DNA of 64,000 nt, the filler included, from Stramenopiles sp. TOSAG23-3 (lineage: Eukaryota): assembly GCA_900128585.1 (NCBI GenBank). It is 8 parts of 8 records of this genome, joined end to end, with 100 filler letters (N's around TTAATTAATTAA, not from the genome) between each part and the next. Parts side by side here need not be neighbours in the genome. Positions count along the whole stretch, not along the records: positions 1 to 7,977 come from LT643080.1; positions 8,078 to 16,034 come from LT643081.1; 6 more parts are not named here. The stretch is one strand, 5' to 3'. The notes below the pieces were generated by a model. The model was not told where the DNA came from and searched no databases. It saw only the letters and a program-made list of their open reading frames with translations. Position 1 is the first letter of the stretch; every line of letters begins with the position of its first letter. Of the stretch, positions 1 through 9,899 are shown in pieces. A program made the position numbers and the translations under genes.

Positions 1-179
1 TTAAAAATAGTAATGAGTCCAATCAATGAATTAAAGATTACGTAAGAGTTTCATTAAACGATTGGAAAAGACAGAGAAAAAGACGAATTTACTTTTTGCT
101 ACCTATCTACACTTGCTAGCATTTCACAGACGCAATTGACGCACGCATCACGGAACACCAACGCCTTTACTTTGCATCA

Positions 180-1505
180 ATGAACAAGGACCTTTTTGTC
201 GACACTCCGGAAAGTCTGGTCCCTCGAGACATCCGGGGTCTTCCCGTAACGTTCGCCTCGCACTGCCCACGTCCCGGTATACAAGAGGCTTTGGCGAACA
301 AGGCACTCGGTGGTGCGAGCGTGCCGATTAGAAGAAACATTGCTATCTCGTGGGTGCTAGCTAATTTACCGATAAAGAATTTCATTCCCAGGGAATCTCC
401 TACCGTTCTACGCTTGCCCAAGCCAGTCCCCAAAAAGGTAAAACCGTACAGCGTGCTGGCAGCGCGCACACGGTACAGGAAACTGCTACACGTAGGGTCA
501 TTCCAAACGACGGCCGATGCCGTAGAACGGGTTGTGAGGCTACTAAAGCTCGCAAGTATAGCCGGGCAGAAGGAGATACTCAACATTGACGAACTAGTGG
601 ATTTAAAATCGGCAATTGTAAAGTATACGCCCCGCCAAGCGTACATTGCGGAGAGGATGGTGGTCGAATGGAAGGAACCGTCTGCTGCAGGGGGGGGGGG
701 GGGGGTATTGTATTTTTATTTTTATTACATAATTCCGGAGGAGATGTACTCTCGCCGCGCTGCCCTGATGGAGCTGGTCTCGTGGAAGGTCTGGGACGAA
801 GGCGCCACGCTGGACGTAAACGACGACCTCCAGATTGGCAACAAGCTTGACATTTACGACTTGGACAATTCGCGGTGGCACCAAGCCGTGGGGATTAAAG
901 AGACGCGGCGCGGAATGATGATGAAACTGTTGTTCCCAAAGAAGGAAGCGAACGATGTAATTTTATTGACCCACGAACTGGCCCAGACCATGATCGCCCC
1001 GATCTTCACCCACACCGAGCCTACCATGGACAACGTGACGACGATGCCAAACATCCCCAAATTCGAAAAGGAGTTGGAAGCTTCGCAAATGAATCATAGC
1101 AAATCGGATCAAAACCGGTTGCATAAGAAGAGGCATCACGTGTACGTCAGTGGGAGCAAGAATTCGATCATCTCGCCAAACAAAAACCGGCGGGTGCATG
1201 GGCCGAGGCCGAAAGCACGCCCTCCGAAGCCGTTCTCTAACGAAATGGTTGGAACCGAATGCGTGCTCGGGTACAGCTACAACGTGCAAAAACAGTACAT
1301 TGGTCGTCGGGCAATCGTTTTGGGGACTGGAATGTCGAGTGGGGGGTGGGTGGATATTCATTTGCTAAACAAAGACGGAACCGGAGACAAGCGCCTGCGC
1401 TGGAGGTTCCACGGTTTGACCAAGTTGGCTGGCAACCAAAAACCCACGGCGTCAAAATCTACTTTGGAGGCCTATTTGAAAGAATACAAGGACGGGTTGA
1501 AGTGA
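180..1505 (+). CDS. Hypothetical protein (441 aa), possible Tudor/Agenet-like segment
   Basis: Long ATG-initiated ORF with coding-like composition. The segment LQIGNKLDIYDLDNSRWHQAVG resembles the D..D...W..A pattern of Tudor/Agenet-like domains. A poly-G plus AT-rich patch at 690-740 may be a 36-nt intron or an artefact. Confidence 0.6.
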   Translation: MNKDLFVDTPESLVPRDIRGLPVTFASHCPRPGIQEALANKALGGASVPIRRNIAISWVLANLPIKNFIPRESPTVLRLPKPVPKKVKPYSVLAARTRYRKLLHVGSFQTTADAVERVVRLLKLASIAGQKEILNIDELVDLKSAIVKYTPRQAYIAERMVVEWKEPSAAGGGGGVLYFYFYYIIPEEMYSRRAALMELVSWKVWDEGATLDVNDDLQIGNKLDIYDLDNSRWHQAVGIKETRRGMMMKLLFPKKEANDVILLTHELAQTMIAPIFTHTEPTMDNVTTMPNIPKFEKELEASQMNHSKSDQNRLHKKRHHVYVSGSKNSIISPNKNRRVHGPRPKARPPKPFSNEMVGTECVLGYSYNVQKQYIGRRAIVLGTGMSSGGWVDIHLLNKDGTGDKRLRWRFHGLTKLAGNQKPTASKSTLEAYLKEYKDGLK

Positions 1506-1952
1506 AAAGGTAAGTTAAAATTACGCTCTCCTTCAAAACATTTGAGCGTTGTCCCAGAAAAGCTTGGCAGGCAGAGAGATCTTCTTTGTGCCCATGTACC
1601 GGTTTGTGCATTAAGTATATAATATTATAATAAAATTTTATCACCTGGTAATAATTCTTCTCATTGGAATAAAAATAATTCCTCTGTGATGACTGACAAT
1701 CATCCACGACGAAACAAAACTAAAAATCAAGATAGGATTAGGGTTGGATTAGCAATGCTTGCAAATGAACCGTAATCAACTTCCGTAATTGATTTAAAAT
1801 GAGAGTCTTAAAACATACTATATAATTTTGTTTTTTTGATGTTTTATTAATGGTTTTGAAATAAAAATTAGGTTTTGTTAAATCAATACTCGTAGTGTCT
1901 TGGCCTTGGCTAAAAATAAAAATGTCGGCTTGAGAGTGGGTGTGGTGAAACT

Positions 1953-2684
1953 TTACAAGTCAAAAAATGCAGCGTCCAATGCAACTTCAGTGACTATATC
2001 GTCGTAGTCGTACTCGACAACAAAAGACGTTTCTGCAACTTCAACCTCCTTAATCGCAATAGTGTCAATGGATATTGACGTTGGAAGAGTGTATTCTACC
2101 TCTGGCTCTACTGTTGAGGCGACATTCATCTTCTTTTTCATCTTCTTGCGTTTATTGCTAACAGCACGCATCTTCTTCTTCTTCTTCTTTATTTTGTTCG
2201 GGGTGGTGACTGCAGCCAAACGCTTGAACTCTTCGTCAACCACATCTTCCCAAGCGTCGTCGTCGCCTTCAAACGCTTCGTCGAGTTCTTCCTTCGTTGG
2301 TTTGTATTCTTCTTCTTCGTCATTTGTTATTGACGCGCATTTTCCTGGGGTCCTTCTGTTTGCTTTAATGGGCAGAGATTGTAGGACACGTTTGCGAAGT
2401 CTCGTTGGGAGCATGTTCTTCTTGCTGACTGGGGAGTCAAAGCCTGGAAGGTTCACAACAAACTTGTACACTCCAAGCTCTTTTTCAATGACTTCATTCT
2501 CCTTTTGCTCTACCATCTTCTTAATTGTAGATTGTACTCGCTTCGCGCCTAATGTCCACGCAGGGTTTGCGTTACGGATGGTCTTTGCGATCTGCCGGGC
2601 GCTGACCCCTTCATTGGAAGTGATATACACTTGCAATGCGGCTTCGACGGCGGTGTCGGAGGGAACGAATCTCTCTGTGTTCAT
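1953..2684 (-). CDS. Hypothetical protein (243 aa), basic/acidic low-complexity, possible N-terminal small helical domain
   Basis: ATG ORF flanked by AT-rich spacers; Lys-rich NLS-like runs and acidic tracts; no recognised family. Confidence 0.6.
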   Translation of the reverse strand: MNTERFVPSDTAVEAALQVYITSNEGVSARQIAKTIRNANPAWTLGAKRVQSTIKKMVEQKENEVIEKELGVYKFVVNLPGFDSPVSKKNMLPTRLRKRVLQSLPIKANRRTPGKCASITNDEEEEYKPTKEELDEAFEGDDDAWEDVVDEEFKRLAAVTTPNKIKKKKKKMRAVSNKRKKMKKKMNVASTVEPEVEYTLPTSISIDTIAIKEVEVAETSFVVEYDYDDIVTEVALDAAFFDL

Positions 2685-4008
2685 TTTGTTTTATATGTTT
2701 ATATGTTTTTTTATTTTTAATAACTGTTTTAGTGTAGTGATGAGATTTACTCTTTGCGTATGTATTGTGTGGTGGTGGACAACTTTGCTTTTGTCGCATA
2801 TTTTCTCAATAAACAATCTGTGTGGTATTTTATATATGTGTATGTGACTATAAACTATTATTTTATGAGAAGTGCATGCAAGGAGGAGCGATGACTGTGA
2901 TGATAGATTATTATTGATTGATGACGCCAACTGCTCTACTCCTTGTTGTGTATATGTATATGTATTACAATATGTGGATGATGATGGGTTAATAATTATG
3001 TAATAAAAATAAAAATACAATAATAATAATAAAAAAAAGAAAAAAAAAGAAGATTTTTACTATATTAACAACATTTTATTATTATAATAATTAATAATAA
3101 TATGTACGGTATTGATTCAATCATTTGATGAATTTGTTTTTGATGTTGTGTAGTGTTATTTAATTTTTTAATTGGCCTTCTTCTTCTTTTTTTTTTTTGA
3201 CAGTTTCATCAATTATTCACTAGACTAATAAAAAATGACGAAGAGAAGAAGAAAAAAGATACGAAGACAATATGGATGGATGGCACTATAATTAACGAAG
3301 GAGGTTGTTTGTTAAAATTAGAAACGACGTAAACACTATACAAGTCGTTCTATTTGAAATGACACTGTTCCTATAGTGTCTATTAGAACTAGTTTGCTCA
3401 TTATACTACTTTTAGTCTAGTCTGTCCTATTAAAATACAATTTAAAAACCGATTTATGACTTCCGAGCACTTTTTTATGACTTCAGGAAAGTAGGGTTTA
3501 TATTAGGTTATTTAGAACGCTGTGTATATGTTAAAATCCTACGTTTCTATATTTTTGCTCGATCAAAATCTCGTGTGTGGCCCCCATCATAATAAATAAC
3601 TAGAACGACTCTGATGTAGTATTAATTGGTTTTAATACGTACGTACGGTCTGGTCCACATATTAATACATGAAAACGTTCATAATTTACGAGGACAAATA
3701 AAAATAGACAACTTGGTAATTTTTTATTCTTTCTCTTCTTCTTCGCTCAGTCCCTCCCCTCCCCTCCTCCTTCCAACAACAAGATATTGCAGAGGAGCAC
3801 AGAAGAAAAAGAAGAAGAAGAAGAAAAAAGGAAGGATGATCGATAAGCTATAGACTACGGTAATAAATAGGAGAATATTTATTATATGTGGATACAATAT
3901 GAGACACGTGGTGGTGATGGTGATGGTGATTGTTCATACGAGGCGTTTATTATAAAATAAACTAAGTAGACTACGAGGACGTATACCTCGTATGGAAGCA
4001 CCTGACCA

Positions 4009-4102
4009 ATGAAGAAGAAGAAGAAGAAGAAGAAGGAAGAAGAAAGAAGAAGAAGAAGAAGAAGAAGAAGAAGAAGAAGAAGAAGAAGGGAAGAAGAAGA
4101 AG
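4009..4102 (+). repeat. (GAA)n microsatellite
   Basis: Long run of GAA triplets in intergenic DNA. Confidence 0.95.
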
Positions 4103-4321
4103 GACGACAACAATCTCTCTTCTTCTTCTATCTCTCCTTTATTTTTTTTTTTTTTTAGGCGATTTGATTTGTATGTATATAAAAAAATAGAAATACACAA
4201 ATGTTCTTTTCTATATATGATTATGTCTATCAATCCTACTGAAAAAAGGAAATTATTTCTTTGGGTGAGAAATTAGATTTTGACTGCGTAGAAAAGGAAA
4301 TTCTTCTATACTAAGCGCACC

Positions 4322-6088
4322 ATGGTGACCTTATTACGAACAAAAGCTCTGCTGGTTCTCGGCGTCGTCGCCGTCTGCTTCCTTGCCCTCGGGCCCAATG
4401 TTTTGGCTGACGCAAAGAAACGCGGGAGGAAGAAGAAGAAAGACCAGACGAATCATTTTTCTATGCAACTGAAAGTGCCAGAGTCGAAGATTGGGTTGAC
4501 CCTGGAAGACGCGAAGAAACTCTTGGAGTTCGGAAAGAAGGAAAAAATGGGTCAGCCGCTTCTCATATCTTTGCGTTCGGTGGTGCAAAAATTAGAAGGA
4601 AAGCACCGGACCCAAAAGAAGAAAGAGGCCAAGGCGGCCGAGGTGGAGAAGAACAGAAAACTAATCTACGGGGACAAAACTAGCGATGAGAGCGCCACGC
4701 CAGATGGCCACGAGCAAGATGAAGAGGCCGTCACTTTCTCCATTGGCGCAAGGCGGACGAAACCTTTGAAACGGTCCATGCAGGCGAAGAAGTGCAACTT
4801 TCCGACCTACACGGCCGAAGAGTTTGCCAACAAGTACCAGAACGGGGAGATCGACATTTACGCCCCGTTCAAAATTACCGACGCGGAGACTCAAGTGAAG
4901 AAATTGCGAGAAATTTGGACGATCTCAAAGCTCAGGACTAAGACGAATAGTACGATCAAGTACTTGTCGCCCATGATGGCAAAAATGATGCAAGAGGGGC
5001 AGCGTGATCCGACGCAAGGGCAAACCGTGGAAATGCTCCAACCGACGCTGGTCTCGCCCGCCGAGTACTTTGCCAATTGTTTCGGGGAGAAGAAAAAGAC
5101 GGGAACGGAGACCGAGTACTGCGAACAGACTGTCCCGGCGCTTCACTTTGGCGACGACAGCGCAATCAACGGTTTCAGCGTGGACGCTATTGCTGGCATT
5201 GCGCTGAAGCAAGTCATGGACGTCGCGACCAGATCCCTCATGAAAAAGATGCGAAATGCTGGGACAGGGTTCAAAAGCCTGGTGGAGACCGAGGACACGT
5301 TTATTAAAATGTTCAACGAAAAAGATTCCAGGCGAATTGTTCTAGGCCCGGCGGGGAGTGGGACCCAGATGAAGTATACGGGAGTCCCACTGTTCGACTC
5401 CCTCGTGCACGGTTCAAGGCGCTGGTTCGCCTTGTCTCCCAAGAAGCGATCCGAGCTTCTGAAAGCATCGGACGGCGGGTTTGGAACTGCGTTTAATTTT
5501 TTCGAGGACAAATACGCCGAGCTGCAGGACGATCACGACATGAAAGTGGACGCAAAAGACGGGATTTGGGAATGTTCCCAGGAGGCCGGTGAGTTTATTT
5601 ACATTCCCGTAGGAACTTATCGCACTTCCCTCAGTTTGCAAGATAGTATTTCGTACTCGCAGGAGTTGCTGATGCACAAATCGCACGTTACCAAGTACGT
5701 CGAGGCCACACTGTGGCAACCCCAGTCGCAGACGTGGACCGCGGGGGTATGTTTGACTGCCTCGCAGATGGAAAGGTTGCCAGGAATTGACGAGATTGGC
5801 ATTTCTCCGAACGGGCTCGTCGAAGCAATGCGAGAACAGCTCCATACCCCGAAGCAGCAAAACGGAATGCTGTTGCAGGCCGTTCTCATCTGCAAAGGGG
5901 TGCTGGAACTAGGCTTGCCAGCAGGCGAAACCTTGTGTGATTTCGTTTATCCAAGATGCGTCGACAAGCTGGCAAAGAACATCAAAAAATTGAAAATCAA
6001 AGACGAGTTGCCCTGGTTGAAGAAAGAGAAGAAACTTGCGAAGAAAATGAAAAAAAAGGAACGTGCAAACAGGAAAAGCGAATTGTAA
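4322..6088 (+). CDS. ER-luminal JmjC/cupin-fold protein (JMJD8-like), probably catalytically inactive
   Basis: N-terminal signal peptide; JmjC-like motifs LGPAGSGT, SLVHGSRRWF, CSQEAGEFIYIPVG; C-terminal KSEL. The expected Fe-binding His positions are replaced. Confidence 0.8.
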   Translation: MVTLLRTKALLVLGVVAVCFLALGPNVLADAKKRGRKKKKDQTNHFSMQLKVPESKIGLTLEDAKKLLEFGKKEKMGQPLLISLRSVVQKLEGKHRTQKKKEAKAAEVEKNRKLIYGDKTSDESATPDGHEQDEEAVTFSIGARRTKPLKRSMQAKKCNFPTYTAEEFANKYQNGEIDIYAPFKITDAETQVKKLREIWTISKLRTKTNSTIKYLSPMMAKMMQEGQRDPTQGQTVEMLQPTLVSPAEYFANCFGEKKKTGTETEYCEQTVPALHFGDDSAINGFSVDAIAGIALKQVMDVATRSLMKKMRNAGTGFKSLVETEDTFIKMFNEKDSRRIVLGPAGSGTQMKYTGVPLFDSLVHGSRRWFALSPKKRSELLKASDGGFGTAFNFFEDKYAELQDDHDMKVDAKDGIWECSQEAGEFIYIPVGTYRTSLSLQDSISYSQELLMHKSHVTKYVEATLWQPQSQTWTAGVCLTASQMERLPGIDEIGISPNGLVEAMREQLHTPKQQNGMLLQAVLICKGVLELGLPAGETLCDFVYPRCVDKLAKNIKKLKIKDELPWLKKEKKLAKKMKKKERANRKSEL

Positions 6089-6382
6089 GCGAAGGGAAGG
6101 GAAGCGAAGCGGAAAAGTAAGTTATGATAATTGTATTTTATAAAAATGAGATTGCTTTGATATACCCTTATTTAAATTGATACCCTCTTATACCAAGTAC
6201 CTCTAAATAATAAATAAAGAAGGAATTTTACAACACAAACACACAGCAGCATGTATTTTATATCTAAAATAAATAATAATACAGCAGTATTAATAATAAT
6301 AAATAAAAAATATTACTTTTATTATTTTTCTTCTTTTTTCTTTCTTTTCTTTCTTCTTCTTCGGTGGAATAAAATATAATAA

Positions 6383-6595
6383 TATTGTTGATTGCACGAT
6401 TAGTGCACAGGGGGGGGGGGGGTGTGTGTCGATAAAATTTCATTTTTTTACCATTTTTTAACCGATTGGTTTAATGCTGTATCTATATTATTAAGTGTAC
6501 NNNNNNNNNNNNNNNNNTAAACAAGTTGGTAAAAAAATGAAATTTTATCGACACACACACCCCCCCCCTGTGCACTAATCGTGCAATCAACAATA
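6383..6595. repeat. Inverted repeat (about 70-bp arms) flanking a small assembly gap; MITE-like
   Basis: 6383-6453 (TATTGTTGATTGCACGATTAGTGCACAGG..GATAAAATTTCATTTTTTTACCA) is the near-perfect reverse complement of 6527-6595. Confidence 0.85.
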
Positions 6596-6808
6596 ATAAA
6601 ATACACCACACCACCACCAAGTTGGTATTAATTAATACTAAAAAAACTAACAGCGTTATACTTTTTTTTGTACATGTTGTAAAATGTGATCGATCAAAGG
6701 TTAAGATGAAAAAAAGATCACTTTTATGAAGGACTTAAATTCAGTCTTTAAAAGCCACTAAAAACCAGATCAACGTGAAAGTATATACTTCATTTGACTG
6801 TGTACACA

Positions 6809-7555
6809 ATGAGGATTTTCCTTCTTGGTTTACTTTTGGTGTCGGTCGCCACAGCGTGCACGAAGGAGGAGTACCGCCAAAAGTTTGGGGCGATGCCGAC
6901 CTATGAACTCCACGGTACGAAACCGCACGATGCACCACGAATAGAGAATGGGGAAATTGTTGTTGGTGTAACGTACTCGTCCCACTGTCCTAACGGCGGC
7001 TCGAATTTTGTTGCGAATGCCATGGATAAAGAAAATGGTGTAAAAGTCTTTATTTTGGCCAGGGGTAACGCTTCGTGCCCTGGCAAAGAGCTCAGTTCCC
7101 CGCAGACGTTTACAGGGACTGTGTCTGCTGCGCTACCGAAGGGCTCCCTTGAGATCAACACGCAACGATTCATTGCGTTCCCGCCGGATGGAGATTTTGA
7201 GCTGTTTCTTTTGAAAGAAAAGATAAACACGTTCACAGTGAATGCTGCTGCATTTAGTAACAACGACCTTTCCGAGGTGAACATAGCGGATGAAGTAGTA
7301 GAGGCTTCCGAGGCCGTGGACAACGTTGCTGAGGCAGTGGAAGCAGAGACTGTGCCCGAGTTGCCTAAAACTGACAGCACTGCCCCAGAAGAAACCGTGC
7401 CAGAAGTAAAGGAACAAGTGGTAAAGCCTGCCGAACAAACTGAAAATGCAACGAAACCACCACATTCAACGTCTGGGAACATTTTTAGTCTTGTCTCCGC
7501 CGTGCTTCACTCCATGGACCCTTTCTTGATGGAAATTGTGAAAGTCCTGCAGTAA
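6809..7555 (+). CDS. Secreted/surface protein of unknown function with an acidic Ala/Glu/Pro-rich stalk
   Basis: First ATG at 6809 gives the signal peptide MRIFLLGLLLVSVATAC, followed by a Cys-containing globular domain and then a low-complexity EAV/PE tail. Confidence 0.75.
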   Translation: MRIFLLGLLLVSVATACTKEEYRQKFGAMPTYELHGTKPHDAPRIENGEIVVGVTYSSHCPNGGSNFVANAMDKENGVKVFILARGNASCPGKELSSPQTFTGTVSAALPKGSLEINTQRFIAFPPDGDFELFLLKEKINTFTVNAAAFSNNDLSEVNIADEVVEASEAVDNVAEAVEAETVPELPKTDSTAPEETVPEVKEQVVKPAEQTENATKPPHSTSGNIFSLVSAVLHSMDPFLMEIVKVLQ

Positions 7556-7977
7556 AATATTTGATTGCGTGGTTGTGATATATCAGTTACTATTGATCAT
7601 GTAACTGTGGGACAAGACAATCTTTTAACACCCGCTTTTATGTCCCCACTCCGTTGCTTCCTCTTCGTGTCCTTCCGCGTTTGTTATATGATATATATAT
7701 GATAATTTGTTTTTTTTAATATGATATTTGAAAGATAAGATAGTTTTATTAACTAAAAAACAAGAAAAATTGGCTGTTATTTTATAGTAATTAAAATTAA
7801 AGAACAAAGAAGGTGTCAAGGGTTCAAGAACAATATCTCCTCCTATTGCAGATCCTCCCCAAGTTCTGGTCAAGATTCCAATTGATTGGTCTTAGAATTA
7901 CACAGCGGCATAAATGTTTTAAAGGGGCTCGTTGTCTGTGGTACTGCTCAATGAAATAATGATCGGTATTGAGTTTG

Positions 7978-8077
7978 NNNNNNNNNNNNNNNNNNNNNNN
8001 NNNNNNNNNNNNNNNNNNNNNTTAATTAATTAANNNNNNNNNNNNNNNNNNNNNNNNNNNNNNNNNNNNNNNNNNNN
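7978..8077. other. Artificial contig-joining linker (44N-TTAATTAATTAA-44N)
   Basis: Six-frame stop spacer; identical copies at 16035, 24088, 32140, 40187, 48226 and 56256. Confidence 0.98.
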
Positions 8078-8264
8078 GAAGAAGAAGAAGGAGAAGAAGA
8101 ATTCATGCAGAGGAGATTATTAAAAGAATTAATGGATGATGTTTCCGTAGAAATTTGAAAATATAATTCATATGGGAAAAGCTGGGGTTTAAATTTCCAG
8201 AGCTATCAATTGATTTGCTGGATGAGATTGCTGTTTTTACATTGTGGTATTCCTGCATAGAAAA

Positions 8265-9398
8265 ATGTCTGTTCCTTCGTCCGACGTTCCGGAAACACAT
8301 AGCTGTGCGCACTACAGTCGCCACGGCCCGCCGTCGCTTGTCTCGGTGGATCCTATTCCGTCTCCCCCTTCCCCAGGATCAAAGCAGCTTCTTGTCAAAG
8401 TTTCCTTTGCCTCCTTGAATCCTGCAGATTACAAGTCGGCAGGGGGGGAGCAAGCGCTGCTGCTTAGTTTCAAGTGGCCCAGAGTCTATGGGTTTGATTT
8501 TAGTGGAGTCGTAGTGAGCGCAGCGTCCGACTGCAGCCTAGGATTTAAAGAAGGGGACGAAGTTTTTGGGATGATCGCGGGTTTGCCCCAGTTGCACCGT
8601 GGAACCCTGGCGGAGTATGTTCTGGTAGAAGAGTGGGTGTGTGCAAAGAAACCGGAGAATGTACCCCATAATGAAGCGGCCAGTGTTCCGCTGGTTGGGA
8701 TCACTGCTGTGAAAATGTTTCGTGCCTGCAACGCAGACGACCGTGCGAGCCCGCGGGTGCTCATTACTGGTGGCGCCGGTGGCGTCGGCACGGTCGCTAT
8801 CCAGCTGGCAAAATCGATGTATAAAGCGAGTTACGTCGCTACTACGGCATCTGCGGGGGTAAAGACAGAGTTGTGCAAGAGTCTAGGGGCCGACCGCGTC
8901 GTAAACTACAGGGAAGAAAAATTTTATGAGGTTTTGGATTCCGATGACGAAAGCGAGCTGTTCGACATTGTTCTGGATATCACCGGCGAAGCGAGTCGAG
9001 CGGTGCACTTGCTTAGAAAAAACGGTGGAATGTGTTCGATTGTGGTGGGGGCCACGTGCTCCGGGGTAAGAACATGGCTGGAAGAAGCCCGCATCAGCCC
9101 AAACGATATCACTACCGGTGTACGGCCGTTCTTGACAAGCGAATGGGGGGGTTCGCTGTTTAATTGTTTCGGCGGTGGCCGCTCGTTGATTCAAGCCTGC
9201 AAACGAAGGGATGCAAAGTATGCAATGGTCATAGGTACAGGAAATGGTGAAATCATGTTCATTCTTGCAAAGTTGCTGAAAGAGAAAAAAATTAAAGCCG
9301 TCATCGACAAGGAGTACCCACTTCAAGAGGCAAAGGATGCAATTGAATACTTGAAAAAGGGAAGAGCAGCTGGGAAGGTCGTCGTTCGTATCATTTAA
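8265..9398 (+). CDS. NADP-dependent medium-chain dehydrogenase/reductase (quinone oxidoreductase / RTN4IP1-like, Zn-independent)
   Basis: Motifs ASLNPADYK, GFDFSGVV, GTLAEY, VLITGGAGGVG (Rossmann fold) and C-terminal GRAAGKVVV. Confidence 0.93.
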   Translation: MSVPSSDVPETHSCAHYSRHGPPSLVSVDPIPSPPSPGSKQLLVKVSFASLNPADYKSAGGEQALLLSFKWPRVYGFDFSGVVVSAASDCSLGFKEGDEVFGMIAGLPQLHRGTLAEYVLVEEWVCAKKPENVPHNEAASVPLVGITAVKMFRACNADDRASPRVLITGGAGGVGTVAIQLAKSMYKASYVATTASAGVKTELCKSLGADRVVNYREEKFYEVLDSDDESELFDIVLDITGEASRAVHLLRKNGGMCSIVVGATCSGVRTWLEEARISPNDITTGVRPFLTSEWGGSLFNCFGGGRSLIQACKRRDAKYAMVIGTGNGEIMFILAKLLKEKKIKAVIDKEYPLQEAKDAIEYLKKGRAAGKVVVRII

Positions 9399-9899
9399 TA
9401 AATTTTATACTATTTTTTTTTTCGTGTTTTGTTTTCTTATCTGTTGTTTGTTTTGTTTTTACCCGTATTATCAATGACTGTTTGTTGTTGTTGTCATCGT
9501 CAGAAAGAGAAAAAAAAATAATTATTATTATAGGACGACTATTTTATTATAATACAAAAAAAACGAAATGGGTATGATGTTTCAGAAAAATTATCTGATA
9601 GATATTGATAGATAGATAGAAAACGTAATAAGAGCAAATGGTTTAAACAGTAGAGAAGTAGTAATCTGGTAGTAGTAGAACAATCTTCACCACTCTTTCT
9701 CTGCTGGATTTCTTCTGTTTTTTATTATTTTTTCTGCTGTTATATTTTTTGAAGCGAACGGTTTGTCTGTTGTATCTAGTAGAATTGGGTGGTTGGTGAG
9801 CGGGAAGCTTTATTGTGTCGTTGTTTGTTGTCTGGCTGGTCCATAGAGTAATAGTTTTGTTACCGTAGTGCGTGGATTTCTTCTTTTGTTTCTGGTAGG

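Noticed and set aside
1738-1743. TTAGGG telomere-like words (also about 40440)
   Set aside because: Single hexamers inside dispersed repeat family B, not tandem arrays.
2062-2847. 261-aa plus-strand ORF and the many other antisense ORFs overlapping real genes (e.g. 11532-12362, 10244-10816, 19985-20671)
   Set aside because: Shadow ORFs of GC-rich coding strands; low-complexity S/F-rich translations with no motifs.
8022-8033. Regularly spaced TTAATTAATTAA palindromes (~8 kb period) as a biological repeat or CRISPR-like array
   Set aside because: Always embedded in 44-N flanks; this is a six-frame stop linker used for concatenation.
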